NCBI GenBank assembly: GCA_037440005.1
Contig: JBBIUY010000015.1
Location: forward strand, 1-62,308
From: Armatimonadota bacterium
GTDB lineage: Bacteria; Sysuimicrobiota; Sysuimicrobiia; Sysuimicrobiales; Kaftiobacteriaceae
Direction of reading: 5' to 3'
DNA: 62,308 nt
The notes beneath the pieces are model-generated. The model did no database searches, was not told where the DNA came from, and saw only the letters and a program-made list of their open reading frames with translations. Positions 9,071 through 18,090 of the stretch are shown piece by piece; position 1 is the first letter of the stretch; every line of letters starts with the position of its first letter. A program made the translations under genes and the position numbers.

Positions 9071-10086
9071 GGATCGGACGCAGATTGTCGGTGGGGATCC
9101 TGGTCGCCGTCCTGGCTGCCGCCGCCGCTCCGGCGGTCCGGGCCCAGCCGGCGGTGCGGGTGCGGGTGGTGCACGTGCCGGTGCTGATCTTCGCGCCACT
9201 GTACGTGGCCATCGAGCGCGGCTACTTCGCCCGGGAGGGGATCGAGGTGGAGCTGATCACCACCCCCGGCGGCGTCTCGTCGTTCGCCGTCCTGGCCGGC
9301 GGGCGGGCCGAGGTGGTGGTGGGGGGTCTGGGAGCGGCCCTGTTCAACGCCGCCGCCCGCGGGCTGGACTTCAAGGTGGTGGGTCCGGTGCACATGGAGC
9401 GGCCGCCGGTCAGCACGCCCCTGGTAATCAGCAAGAAGGCGTGGGACAGCGGGGAGATCCGCGCGGTGCGGGACCTGCGGGGCCGCAAGGTCTCGGTCAA
9501 CGTGCTGGGGTCGGCCACCGAGTTCTGGCTGCACAGCGCCCTGCTGCGGGGCGGCCTCACCATCGACGACGTAGACCTGGTGGCGGTGAACTTCCCCGAC
9601 GTGCCGGCGGCGCTGGTCAACGGGGCCATCGCCGCGGGGCTGCTGGGAGAGCCCCTGGCCACTCTGGCCGAGGACCGGGGCCAGATCGTCCGCCTCAGCC
9701 AGGACTTCATCGACGGCGTGCAGGTGACCGCCCTGTACTACAGCGGGGAGTTCATGCGCAGGTACCCCCGGCAGGCGGTGGGATTCATGGTGGCGTGGCT
9801 GCGGGCCAGCCGAGATCTCTTCGGGGACGGCTACCGTCGGGACGACGTGGCCCGCATCGTGGAGAAGTACACCGGGGTGCCCGCGGCGGTGGTGAAGCGG
9901 GCGGCCGCACCCTACCACGAACCCAACGGGCGGATGAACTTCAACGACTTCAAGCGGCTGCAGGAGTTTTTCCGCAAGCGCGGGGCGCTGACCTACGACC
10001 GGCCCCTGGAGCCCGCCCAGTACATCGACACCACCTACGTCCGGGAGGCCCTGAAGATTTTGGGCCCGTTCACCCCGCCGCGATGA
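9067..10086 (+). CDS. ABC transporter substrate-binding protein (SsuA/NMT1/TauA type)
   Basis: Signal peptide, APLYVAIERGYFAREGIEVEL, DLRGRKV. Confidence 0.85.
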   Translation: MRIGRRLSVGILVAVLAAAAAPAVRAQPAVRVRVVHVPVLIFAPLYVAIERGYFAREGIEVELITTPGGVSSFAVLAGGRAEVVVGGLGAALFNAAARGLDFKVVGPVHMERPPVSTPLVISKKAWDSGEIRAVRDLRGRKVSVNVLGSATEFWLHSALLRGGLTIDDVDLVAVNFPDVPAALVNGAIAAGLLGEPLATLAEDRGQIVRLSQDFIDGVQVTALYYSGEFMRRYPRQAVGFMVAWLRASRDLFGDGYRRDDVARIVEKYTGVPAAVVKRAAAPYHEPNGRMNFNDFKRLQEFFRKRGALTYDRPLEPAQYIDTTYVREALKILGPFTPPR

Positions 10087-10874
10087 CCGTCGGCACCGCC
10101 GCGGCGGCCGCCGTGGAGGTGGCCGGCCTGACCAAGGTCTACCCCACCGCCCGCGGGCCCGCCGTCGCCCTGCAGGACGTGACCTTCACCGTGCCCGCGG
10201 GGCAGTTCTGCGCGCTGATCGGCCCGTCGGGGTGCGGGAAGACCACCCTGCTGCACATCCTGGCGGGCCTGATCCCTCCCACCGCCGGCACCGTCCACGT
10301 GCCCCGCCGCCAGGGCGGGCGTCCGGCGACGGCCATCGTCTTCCAGGGCACCAGCACCCTGCCCTGGATGACCGTGCGGGAGAACGTGGCCTACGGGCTG
10401 CGGATGATGGGGGTCCCGTCCCCGGAGCGGGAACGGCGCACCGACGCCCAGCTGGCCCGGGTGGGGCTGACGGAGGCGGCCGACCGCTACCCCCACCAGC
10501 TGTCCGAGGGCATGCGCCAGCGGGTGAGCCTGGCCCGCGCCCTGGCGGTGGAACCCCGGATCCTCCTGCTGGACGAGCCGTTCGCCAACCTGGACGAGCA
10601 GAACCGCCTGATCCTGCAGGACGAGCTGCTGCAGCTGTGGCAGGAGACCCGGATGACGGTGCTGCTGGTGACCCACAGCCTGGACGAAGCCCTGCGCCTG
10701 TCGGACCGGGTGCTGGTCATGAGCGCGTCGCCGGGCCGCATCAAGGCCGACCTCCCGGTGCGGCTGCCCCGTCCGCGGGAGTTCCGGCAGATCCGCCGCC
10801 ACCCCGACTACGGCGCCCTCAGCGCCCGCCTGTGGGACGAACTGCGGGAGGAGGTGCTGCGCACCCGCCGATGA
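10083..10874 (+). CDS. ABC transporter ATP-binding protein (SsuB/TauB type)
   Basis: Walker A GPSGCGKTT, LSEGMRQR, LLLDEPF. Confidence 0.9.
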   Translation: MTVGTAAAAAVEVAGLTKVYPTARGPAVALQDVTFTVPAGQFCALIGPSGCGKTTLLHILAGLIPPTAGTVHVPRRQGGRPATAIVFQGTSTLPWMTVRENVAYGLRMMGVPSPERERRTDAQLARVGLTEAADRYPHQLSEGMRQRVSLARALAVEPRILLLDEPFANLDEQNRLILQDELLQLWQETRMTVLLVTHSLDEALRLSDRVLVMSASPGRIKADLPVRLPRPREFRQIRRHPDYGALSARLWDELREEVLRTRR

Positions 10875-12559
10875 GGTCCTCCCGCTGGCTGACCGCGCTG
10901 TCGCCCCTGGCTTTCCTGGCCCTGTGGGAACTGGCCAGCCGCGCCGGGCTGGCCGACCCGCGCTTCGTCCCTCCCCCCACCGCCGTGGCGAAGACCCTGG
11001 CCGGGCTGGCCTCCACCGGCGAGCTGGCCTTCCACGTGGGGGTGAGCGTGCGGCGCATCCTGGCCGGGTTCGTGGCGGGGGCGGTGCCGGCGGTGGCCCT
11101 GGGTCTGGCCATGGGCCTGTGGCCGCCGGTGCGGGCGGCCCTCATGCCCCTGGTGGCGTCCCTGTACCCCATCCCCAAGATCGCCGTCTACCCGCTCGTC
11201 ATCGTCTACCTGGGCATCGGCGAGGCCAGCAAGGTCACCATCGTCGCCGTGAGCATCTTCTTTCTGGTCCTGCTGAACACCATGGCGGGGGTGCTGGGGC
11301 TGGACCAGGCCTACTTCCAGATCGCCCGCGCCTACGGCGCCGACGGCTGGCGGCTGTTCACCACGGTGGCCCTGCCGGGGGCGCTGCCCCAGATCTTCAC
11401 GGGTCTGAAGCTGGGGATGGGGTTCGCGCTGATCGTGATCGTGGGGGCGGAGCTGCTGGGCTCCGACGCGGGCATCGGGTTCCTGATCTGGCGGGCCTAC
11501 CAGATCTTCGCGGTGGACACCATGTTCGCCGGGTTGCTGGTCACCGCCGTCCTGGGGTGGGTGGCCACCGCCGGGCTGGACTGGCTGGAAGGACGGGCGT
11601 TGCCGTGGCGGCCGGGTCCGGCCGACGCCTGGGTCCCCGGGGTCCGCCGGCAAGGTGAGGAGCGGCCGGGGTGGCTGGCGGTGTGGTGGCAGGCGGTGCG
11701 GCCGTTCTCGTTCACCGCGTCGGTGACGCCGGTGCTGGTGGGCACCGCGGCCGCCGCCCGGGAGGGGGTCTTCCGTCCCGGCCTGTTCCTGGCAGCCCTG
11801 GTGGCCTCGGTGGGCATCCACGCCGCCACCAACCTGTTCAACGACTACTACGACCACCTCCGCGGGGTCGACACCGCCGACTCGGTGGGCCCCAGCGGCG
11901 TGATCCAGCAGGGGCTGCTGCCGGCCCGGGCGCTGCGGGACGGCGCGCTCGTGCTGCTGGCGGTCAGCGGGCTCGTGGGGCTGGTCCTGGTGGCCGCCCG
12001 CGGCTGGCCGGTGCTGGCGGTGGGGGCGGCCAGCGTCCTGGCCGGATACGCGTACACCGGCGGTCCCCTGCCGCTGGGGTACCGGAGCCTGGGCGACGTG
12101 GTGGTCTTCGTGTTCATGGGGCTGATGATCGTCGCCGGGGCCTACTACGTCCAGACGGGGACATTGAGCGCGGCCGCCCTGTGGGCGGCGCTGCCGGTGG
12201 CCGCCCTGGTGGACGCCATCCTGGTGGTGAACAACCTCCGCGACCTGCCCACCGACCGCGCCCGGGGCAAGCGCACCCTGGCCACCGTCCTGGGCCCGCA
12301 GGGCACGCGGGCGCACCTGGCCGTGCTGCTGATCGGCGCCTACCTGCTGGTGGGGATCGGCGTCCTGCTCTCCCGCCTGCCGCCGGCGGCCGTGCTGGTC
12401 GGCCTCACCATCCCCCAGGCCGTCCGTCTGTGGCAGGCGGTGCGCACCGCCGACGACCCGGTGACCCTGACCCGCCGGGGCGTGCGGGAGGCGGCGTCGC
12501 TGCACGGCCGGGTGGGACTCCTGCTGGCGGCGGCGCTGGCCTGGGCCGGCCTGCGGTGA
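10871..12559 (+). CDS. menA: fusion: ABC permease (SsuC/TauC type) plus MenA 1,4-dihydroxy-2-naphthoate prenyltransferase
   Basis: N-half PIPKIA...ARAYGA...ALPQIFTGLK...GIGFLI; C-half RPFSFTAS, NLFNDYYD, NNLRDLPTDRARGKRTLA; no stop between the domains. Confidence 0.85.
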   Translation: MRSSRWLTALSPLAFLALWELASRAGLADPRFVPPPTAVAKTLAGLASTGELAFHVGVSVRRILAGFVAGAVPAVALGLAMGLWPPVRAALMPLVASLYPIPKIAVYPLVIVYLGIGEASKVTIVAVSIFFLVLLNTMAGVLGLDQAYFQIARAYGADGWRLFTTVALPGALPQIFTGLKLGMGFALIVIVGAELLGSDAGIGFLIWRAYQIFAVDTMFAGLLVTAVLGWVATAGLDWLEGRALPWRPGPADAWVPGVRRQGEERPGWLAVWWQAVRPFSFTASVTPVLVGTAAAAREGVFRPGLFLAALVASVGIHAATNLFNDYYDHLRGVDTADSVGPSGVIQQGLLPARALRDGALVLLAVSGLVGLVLVAARGWPVLAVGAASVLAGYAYTGGPLPLGYRSLGDVVVFVFMGLMIVAGAYYVQTGTLSAAALWAALPVAALVDAILVVNNLRDLPTDRARGKRTLATVLGPQGTRAHLAVLLIGAYLLVGIGVLLSRLPPAAVLVGLTIPQAVRLWQAVRTADDPVTLTRRGVREAASLHGRVGLLLAAALAWAGLR

Positions 12560-13335
12560 CGCTGGATCCCGCCCGCCGCCAGCAGGCCGCCGGCGCCGGT
12601 GAGATCACAGACCCGCACACCGCCCGGGTGCGGGAGATGTTCGACGCCATCGCCGGCCGCTACGATCTGGCCAATCACCTGCTCAGCCTCGGGCTACACC
12701 TGCGGTGGAAGCGCGCGGCGGTCCGCGCGGCGCGCCTGGGGCCGGGGCAGGTCTTCCTCGACGCCTGCTGCGGGACCGCCGACCTGGCGGCCGCGGCCTT
12801 GGCGGCGGGGGCCCGTGTGGTGGCGGTGGACGTGGCGCCCCGGATGCTCGACGCCGCCGCGCGCCGCCTGCGGGGTCGTCCGCGTGCGGTCCTGGCGCAG
12901 GCGGATGTCCGCCGGCTGCCCGTGCGCGACGGCGCGGCGGATGCGGTCGCGGTGGCGTTTGGTCTGCGGAACGTGGCCGATCCTCCTGTCGCGCTGGCCG
13001 AGTTCTGGCGGGTGCTGCGGCCGGGAGGGAGGCTGGTGGTGCTGGAGTTCGGCCGGCCGCCGCGCCCGCTCGTGCGCCGGCTGTACGACGTGTACGCCGC
13101 GGCGGTGCTGGTACCCCTGGGCGGGCGGCTCACCGGACGGCCGGACGCCTACCGCTACCTGCGCGACTCCGTCCGCCGGTGGCCCGACCCGGCAGCCCTG
13201 GCGGAGGCGATCCGCCGCTGCGGGTTTGACGACGTGGCCTACCGCCGCCTGACCGGGGGCATCGCCGTGCTGCACACCGCGCTCCGGCCGGGTCCGCCTC
13301 CCGTCCGGGCAGGAGGGCCGGCTTCCCCCGCGTAA
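12556..13335 (+). CDS. menG: UbiE/MenG demethylmenaquinone methyltransferase
   Basis: VREMFDAIAGRYDLANHLLSLG, LDACCGTADL, AFGLRNV, LRPGGRLVVLEF, AYRYL. Confidence 0.9.
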   Translation: MTLDPARRQQAAGAGEITDPHTARVREMFDAIAGRYDLANHLLSLGLHLRWKRAAVRAARLGPGQVFLDACCGTADLAAAALAAGARVVAVDVAPRMLDAAARRLRGRPRAVLAQADVRRLPVRDGAADAVAVAFGLRNVADPPVALAEFWRVLRPGGRLVVLEFGRPPRPLVRRLYDVYAAAVLVPLGGRLTGRPDAYRYLRDSVRRWPDPAALAEAIRRCGFDDVAYRRLTGGIAVLHTALRPGPPPVRAGGPASPA

Positions 13336-14171
13336 TGTCCCTGGGACCCCCGGCCGCGGAGGCGGCGGGAACGGCAGGTGCGGGTGTGGGAGCCAGACGA
13401 CCGGCGGTCACAGCTACAGCCGGCGCCGCAGAGCCGCCGGCCGCCCTCCGGCGTCGGGTCGGGCGTATTCTGGCCATCCTGGCGCGCCGCTATCCCGACG
13501 TCCGCGTGCCCCTGCACCACCGGGACCCCTTCCAGCTGCTGGTGGCCACCGTGCTCTCCGCCCAGTGCACCGACGCCATGGTCAATCGGGTGACCCCGGC
13601 GCTGTTCAGCCGCTATCCGACCGCGCGCGACCTGGCCGGGACCGACCCGAAGGAACTGGAACGGCTCATCCGCCCCACCGGGTTTTTCCGTCAGAAGGCC
13701 CGGGCGCTGCTGGCCGCCAGCCGGGCGATCGTGGAGCGCTTCGGGGGCCGCGTGCCCCTGACCATGGACGAGCTGGTCTCCCTGGAGGGTGTGGGGCGCA
13801 AGACCGCCAACGTGCTCCTGGCGGCCAAGCGGCTGGAACCGTGGGGGTCGGGCGACGTCCCGTCCGACGGGCTGGGCATCGTGGTGGACACCCACGTGCG
13901 CCGGATCAGTCAGCGCCTGCGGCTGGCCTCCACCGACGACCCGGAGCGGATCGAGCAGGAACTCATGGCCGTGGTGCCCCGCGACCAGTGGGCCGGCCTG
14001 GGCTTGCGGCTGATCTTCTTCGGGCGGGAGATCTGCACCGCCCGCGCGCCCCGCTGCACCGCCTGCCCGCTGAACCGGCTGTGCCCGGCGGCGCCCTACC
14101 GCGGCACTCCTCCGTGGATGCGCCCCCGCCGGCGCCCGTCCGCCCGGGCGGGGCGGGCGCGGGTCCGCTGA
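13335..14171 (+). CDS. nth: endonuclease III
   Basis: LLVATVLSAQCTD, HhH GVGRKTANV, VDTHV, C-x6-C-x2-C-x5-C. Confidence 0.92.
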   Translation: MSLGPPAAEAAGTAGAGVGARRPAVTATAGAAEPPAALRRRVGRILAILARRYPDVRVPLHHRDPFQLLVATVLSAQCTDAMVNRVTPALFSRYPTARDLAGTDPKELERLIRPTGFFRQKARALLAASRAIVERFGGRVPLTMDELVSLEGVGRKTANVLLAAKRLEPWGSGDVPSDGLGIVVDTHVRRISQRLRLASTDDPERIEQELMAVVPRDQWAGLGLRLIFFGREICTARAPRCTACPLNRLCPAAPYRGTPPWMRPRRRPSARAGRARVR

Positions 14172-14194
14172 CGCCCGCCCCCGGGGCGGGAGGC

Positions 14195-14902
14195 CTACCG
14201 GGAAGCGTCTGCGCGGCGGCCGGACGGTGGCCGGGGGAGGGAGTTCCCGCGCGCGTAGGCGGCGCACACACCGCGCACGGGACAGGTCGGGCAGCGCGGC
14301 CGGCGCGCCGTGCACACCGTGGCGCCCAGGTCCATCAGGGCCTGGTTGAGGGCGTAGGCGTCACGCCGCCGGACCAGCGCGCCCGCCAGGGTCCACAGCA
14401 CCCGGTCGGGGACCGCCCCGCCGCCGTAGAAGACGCGGCTGAGGACCCGGCGCACGTTGGTGTCCACCACCGGCTCCGCGCGTCCGAAGGCGAAGGTCAG
14501 CACCGCGCCCGCCGTGGCCGGGCCGATCCCGTCCAGCCGCAGCAGTGCCTCTCTACTGGCGGGCAGCTGCCCGCCGTGCCGCCGCAGCACCACCCGGGCG
14601 ATGTTGCGCAGCCGGACCGGGCGGGCGTTGTAGCCCAGGGGGTACCAGACCTCGCGCACCTCCCGGGCCGACGCCCGGGCCAGGGTCTGCCAGGTAGGAT
14701 ACCGGCGCAGCCACTCCCGGTACTTGGGGAGCACGCGCGCCACCGGTGTCTGCTGGAGCATGATCTCCGACACCAGAATCCGGTAGGGATCCCGGGTCCG
14801 CCGCCAGGGCAGGTCCCGGCCCCATCGGGCGTACCAGCGCAGCAGGCGGCGGACAAACTGCCAGGCATCGGCCGCCCCGACCGTCACGCGACCGCCGGTC
14901 AC
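14195..14902 (-). CDS. mutY: short MutY/MIG-like HhH-GPD DNA glycosylase (start approximate)
   Basis: DLPWR...PYRILVSEIMLQQT, LGY, VDTNVRRV, NQALMDLGA plus Fe-S Cys; no C-terminal NUDIX-like domain. Confidence 0.8.
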   Translation of the reverse strand: MTGGRVTVGAADAWQFVRRLLRWYARWGRDLPWRRTRDPYRILVSEIMLQQTPVARVLPKYREWLRRYPTWQTLARASAREVREVWYPLGYNARPVRLRNIARVVLRRHGGQLPASREALLRLDGIGPATAGAVLTFAFGRAEPVVDTNVRRVLSRVFYGGGAVPDRVLWTLAGALVRRRDAYALNQALMDLGATVCTARRPRCPTCPVRGVCAAYARGNSLPRPPSGRRADASR

Positions 14903-15010
14903 GGGCAGCGGGATTCGCCGCACCTGCGATCCGCCCCTGCGCCGGCGGGAGGACAGGCGCACCGGCGGGGGCGAACTGTACGCTGGTCTGCCGGAAGGAG
15001 GCGCACGGCG

Positions 15011-16633
15011 GTGGGACGTCTGAGTCGGGCGGAGGTCATCGCGCGGTCCGGGGTGATCGCCACCGGGCACCCCCTGGCCTCGGCGGCGGGGCTGCGGGTG
15101 CTGATGGACGGCGGCAACGCCGTGGATGCCACGGTGGCCGCCGCGGGCGTGCTGGGTGTGGTCCAGCCGATGATGTCCGGCCTGGGCGGAGACGCCTTCG
15201 CGCTGGTGTGGCGCGCCGCCGACCGGCGCCTGTGGGCCCTGAACAGCAGCGGCGTCGCGCCCTACGCCGCCACCGTGGAGTGGTTCGCCGCGCGGGGCTA
15301 CCGGACCATGCCCCTGCGCGGGATGCTGTCGGTGGCCGTGCCCGGCGCGGTGGACGCCCTGGCCACGGCACTGGCCCGCTGGGGGTCGGGACGGTTCACC
15401 CTGGCCCGGCTGCTGGAGCCGGCCGCGGCCTACGCCGAAGGCGGCTTTCCCGTCTCGCCCGCGGTGGCGCGGTGGATCGCCCAGGCGGCGGACGTGATCG
15501 CCCGGTACCCGTCCACGGCCCGCATCTACCTTCCCCGCGGCCGTCCCCCGCAGCCCGGGGAGGTCCTGGTCAACCCCGACCTGGCCCGCAGCCTGCGGAT
15601 CGTGGGCGAGGGCGGGGCGGAGGCGTTCTACCGGGGCCCGCTGGCGCGCCAGATGGCGGCGTACTGCCAGGCGCACGGCGGCCTGCTCACCGAGCGGGAG
15701 TTCGCCGACCACCGCTGCGAGGTGTACGCGCCGCTGTCCACCACCTACCGCGGGCTGACGGTGTACACCACCGCCCCTCCCTCCCAGGGCATCATCGCCC
15801 TGGAGATGCTCAACATCCTGGAGGGGTTCGCGCCGTCCGACCTGCGGTGGGGCACGGCCCGGGCGGTGCACCTGATGGTGGAGGCGAAGAAGCTGGCGTT
15901 CGCCGACCGGCTGGCCTATCTGGGCGATCCCCGCTTCGTGGCCAACCCGGTGGAGACGCTGCTGTCCAAGGAGTACGCGGCCCGTCGCCGGCAGGCCATC
16001 GACCCCGAGCGGGCCGCCGCCGAGGTCGCTCCGGGGATGGTCCGGGAGGCCGTGGGCGACACCACGTCCCTGGTGGCCGCCGACTCCGAGGGCACCGTGG
16101 TGTGCTGGATCACCAGCCTGTCGGCCAGTTTCGGGTGCGGGGAGGTGGTGGAGGGCACCGGGATCCTGCTCAACAACCGGGCCGGACGGGGCTTTGAGCT
16201 GGTCCCGGGGCACCCCAACTGCATCGCCCCGGGCAAGCGCACCATGCACACCCTGATGGCGTTCATGGCCTGCCGCGAGGGCCGCCCGGTCCTGGCCTGG
16301 GCCACCCCCGGAGGCGACGGCCAGCCCCAGTGGAACACCCAGGTGTTCAGCCACGTGGTGGACAGCGGCATGGGGGTCCAGGAGGCGGTGGAGGCCCCGC
16401 GGTGGCTGAGCCTGCCGGGCACCGACCCCGCCGGGCGGCCGGCGCCGTTCGAGCTACGCCTGGAAGCGGGGTTTCCTCCGGAGGCGGTGGCCGAGCTGGC
16501 CCGCCGGGGCCACGCCGTCCGGGAGATGGGCGAGATGGAGGCGGGGGGAGCGTGCCAGGCGGTGCTGGTGGACGGCGACGTCTACCGGGCGGGCTCGGAC
16601 CCGCGGGTGGACGGGTGCGCCATCGGGTTCTGA
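15011..16633 (+). CDS. ggt: gamma-glutamyltransferase family protein
   Basis: GGNAVDA, SGLGGD, DTTS autocleavage site, PGKRTMHT, TPGGDGQPQ, GSDPR; SD GAAGGAGG. Confidence 0.9.
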   Translation: MGRLSRAEVIARSGVIATGHPLASAAGLRVLMDGGNAVDATVAAAGVLGVVQPMMSGLGGDAFALVWRAADRRLWALNSSGVAPYAATVEWFAARGYRTMPLRGMLSVAVPGAVDALATALARWGSGRFTLARLLEPAAAYAEGGFPVSPAVARWIAQAADVIARYPSTARIYLPRGRPPQPGEVLVNPDLARSLRIVGEGGAEAFYRGPLARQMAAYCQAHGGLLTEREFADHRCEVYAPLSTTYRGLTVYTTAPPSQGIIALEMLNILEGFAPSDLRWGTARAVHLMVEAKKLAFADRLAYLGDPRFVANPVETLLSKEYAARRRQAIDPERAAAEVAPGMVREAVGDTTSLVAADSEGTVVCWITSLSASFGCGEVVEGTGILLNNRAGRGFELVPGHPNCIAPGKRTMHTLMAFMACREGRPVLAWATPGGDGQPQWNTQVFSHVVDSGMGVQEAVEAPRWLSLPGTDPAGRPAPFELRLEAGFPPEAVAELARRGHAVREMGEMEAGGACQAVLVDGDVYRAGSDPRVDGCAIGF

Positions 16634-16681
16634 GCGCATCCGGCAACGCGCACGGCCGCCGCTGCGGCCGGGAGGACGTGG

Positions 16682-17278
16682 ATGGAACAGATCCGTCGCG
16701 AGCGCACCCTGGTCTTCGTCAAGCCCGACGGCGTCCAGCGCGGCCTGGTGGGCGAGGTGATCGCCCGCTTCGAGCGGGCCGGGCTGAAGGTGGTGGGGCT
16801 GAAGATGGTGTGGCCGGACCGGGCGCTGCTGGACCGGCACTACCCCCGGGACGAGGGGTTTTTGCGGACCATCGGGGGCAAGACCAAGGACGCCTTCGCC
16901 AGCTACGGCCTGGACGTCCGGCAGCAGACGGGCACCGACGACCCGGTGGAGATCGGCCGTCAGGTGCGGGAGTGGCTGATCGACTACGTGTCCAGCGGTC
17001 CGGTGGTGGCGTTCGTGCTGGAGGGCGTGCACGCCGTGTCGGTGGTGCGCAAGCTGGTCGGGGACACCCTGCCCTACCGGGCGGCGCCCGGCACCATCCG
17101 GGGCGACTTCTCGGTGGACTCGCCCACCGTGGCCAACCTGATGAAACGCCCGGTGCGCAACCTCATTCACGCGTCGGGGTCGGTGGAGGAAGCGGCCCTG
17201 GAGATCCCCCTGTGGTTTGCCGAGTCGGAGCTGTACGAGTACGCGCGGGCGGACGAGGCGGTGATGTTCGGCGGGTAG
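16682..17278 (+). CDS. ndk: nucleoside-diphosphate kinase (long, insertion-containing type)
   Basis: ERTLVFVKPDGVQRGL, PGTIRGDF, NLIHASGS. Confidence 0.92.
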   Translation: MEQIRRERTLVFVKPDGVQRGLVGEVIARFERAGLKVVGLKMVWPDRALLDRHYPRDEGFLRTIGGKTKDAFASYGLDVRQQTGTDDPVEIGRQVREWLIDYVSSGPVVAFVLEGVHAVSVVRKLVGDTLPYRAAPGTIRGDFSVDSPTVANLMKRPVRNLIHASGSVEEAALEIPLWFAESELYEYARADEAVMFGG

Positions 17279-17281
17279 CCC

Positions 17282-18028
17282 TCAGACCGTCCGCCCCACC
17301 AACCAGACGCTGCCCAGCAGGACGTTGCCCGGGTGCGGGTCGCCTCCGAGGGTCTCGCGGTCGGCGAGGACGTGGAGGACGACCCCGCGGGTCCGCACCT
17401 GCACCCACCAGTAGGCTTCCTCGGTCACCGGGTTGACCAGCAGCCGCGCCCGGGCCACCGGGCCGGCGATGAGCGCCGACGCCTCCTGCAGCCCCGGGGA
17501 GTCGTCCACGCTGGCGTGGGCGGTGGCCGCGAACGTCTCCGCCGGAGGGCGGTACAGATCTCCCGGGGCGCTGCGGTAGGCGGTCAGGTCCGCGTACAGG
17601 TCCGCCTCGTGGGCGAGGGCGGCGATCTCCAGACGGTGCACCCCCGGCGTCAGATGCGGGCGGGCCAGCGCGAAGTCCACCAGTGTCACCCGCAGGGGGA
17701 AGGCGCCCGAGTAGGGCTCGTCGTCCTCGGTGGGCTCCATCCACCCGTCCACCCATCCCTCCAGGGGCGTGTCGGGGTCCTCGCCCAGCCCCGTGACCGC
17801 CACCCGGTGCGCCGCGCCGGTGGCGAAGAACGGGGTCGCCCCCAGCACTTCGCCGCGCGCATTCACCTGCGCCCAGATCTCGGGACCGCCCCCGGCCTGC
17901 CAGCGCACCAGGGCGCTGCCGTCGGCCAGCTCCAGGCGGGCGCCCTCGGCGGCCGCGCGGCGGGCCAGGGCCCAGTAGACCGCCATGTCGGCGACGGGGA
18001 AGCCGATGCAGCTGAAGTGGCTGGACAC
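17282..18028 (-). CDS. hypothetical protein, probably leaderless
   Basis: Coding-like frame filling the gap; TATGAT lies 7 nt before GTG 18028 (alternative ATG 18040). Confidence 0.65.
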   Translation of the reverse strand: MSSHFSCIGFPVADMAVYWALARRAAAEGARLELADGSALVRWQAGGGPEIWAQVNARGEVLGATPFFATGAAHRVAVTGLGEDPDTPLEGWVDGWMEPTEDDEPYSGAFPLRVTLVDFALARPHLTPGVHRLEIAALAHEADLYADLTAYRSAPGDLYRPPAETFAATAHASVDDSPGLQEASALIAGPVARARLLVNPVTEEAYWWVQVRTRGVVLHVLADRETLGGDPHPGNVLLGSVWLVGRTV

Positions 18029-18090
18029 ACCCGCCATCATACACCGTCCGGGAGCAGGGAAGGAGACGGCGCCCCGGGGAACGTCCCCGT

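Noticed and set aside
13565..16633. 1022-aa ORF (also the 1226-, 1079-, 775- and 739-aa ORFs) as giant fusions
   Set aside because: N-terminal parts overlap other real genes; true starts are internal with an SD or stop/start overlap. Only the permease-MenA part of the 775-aa ORF is a real fusion
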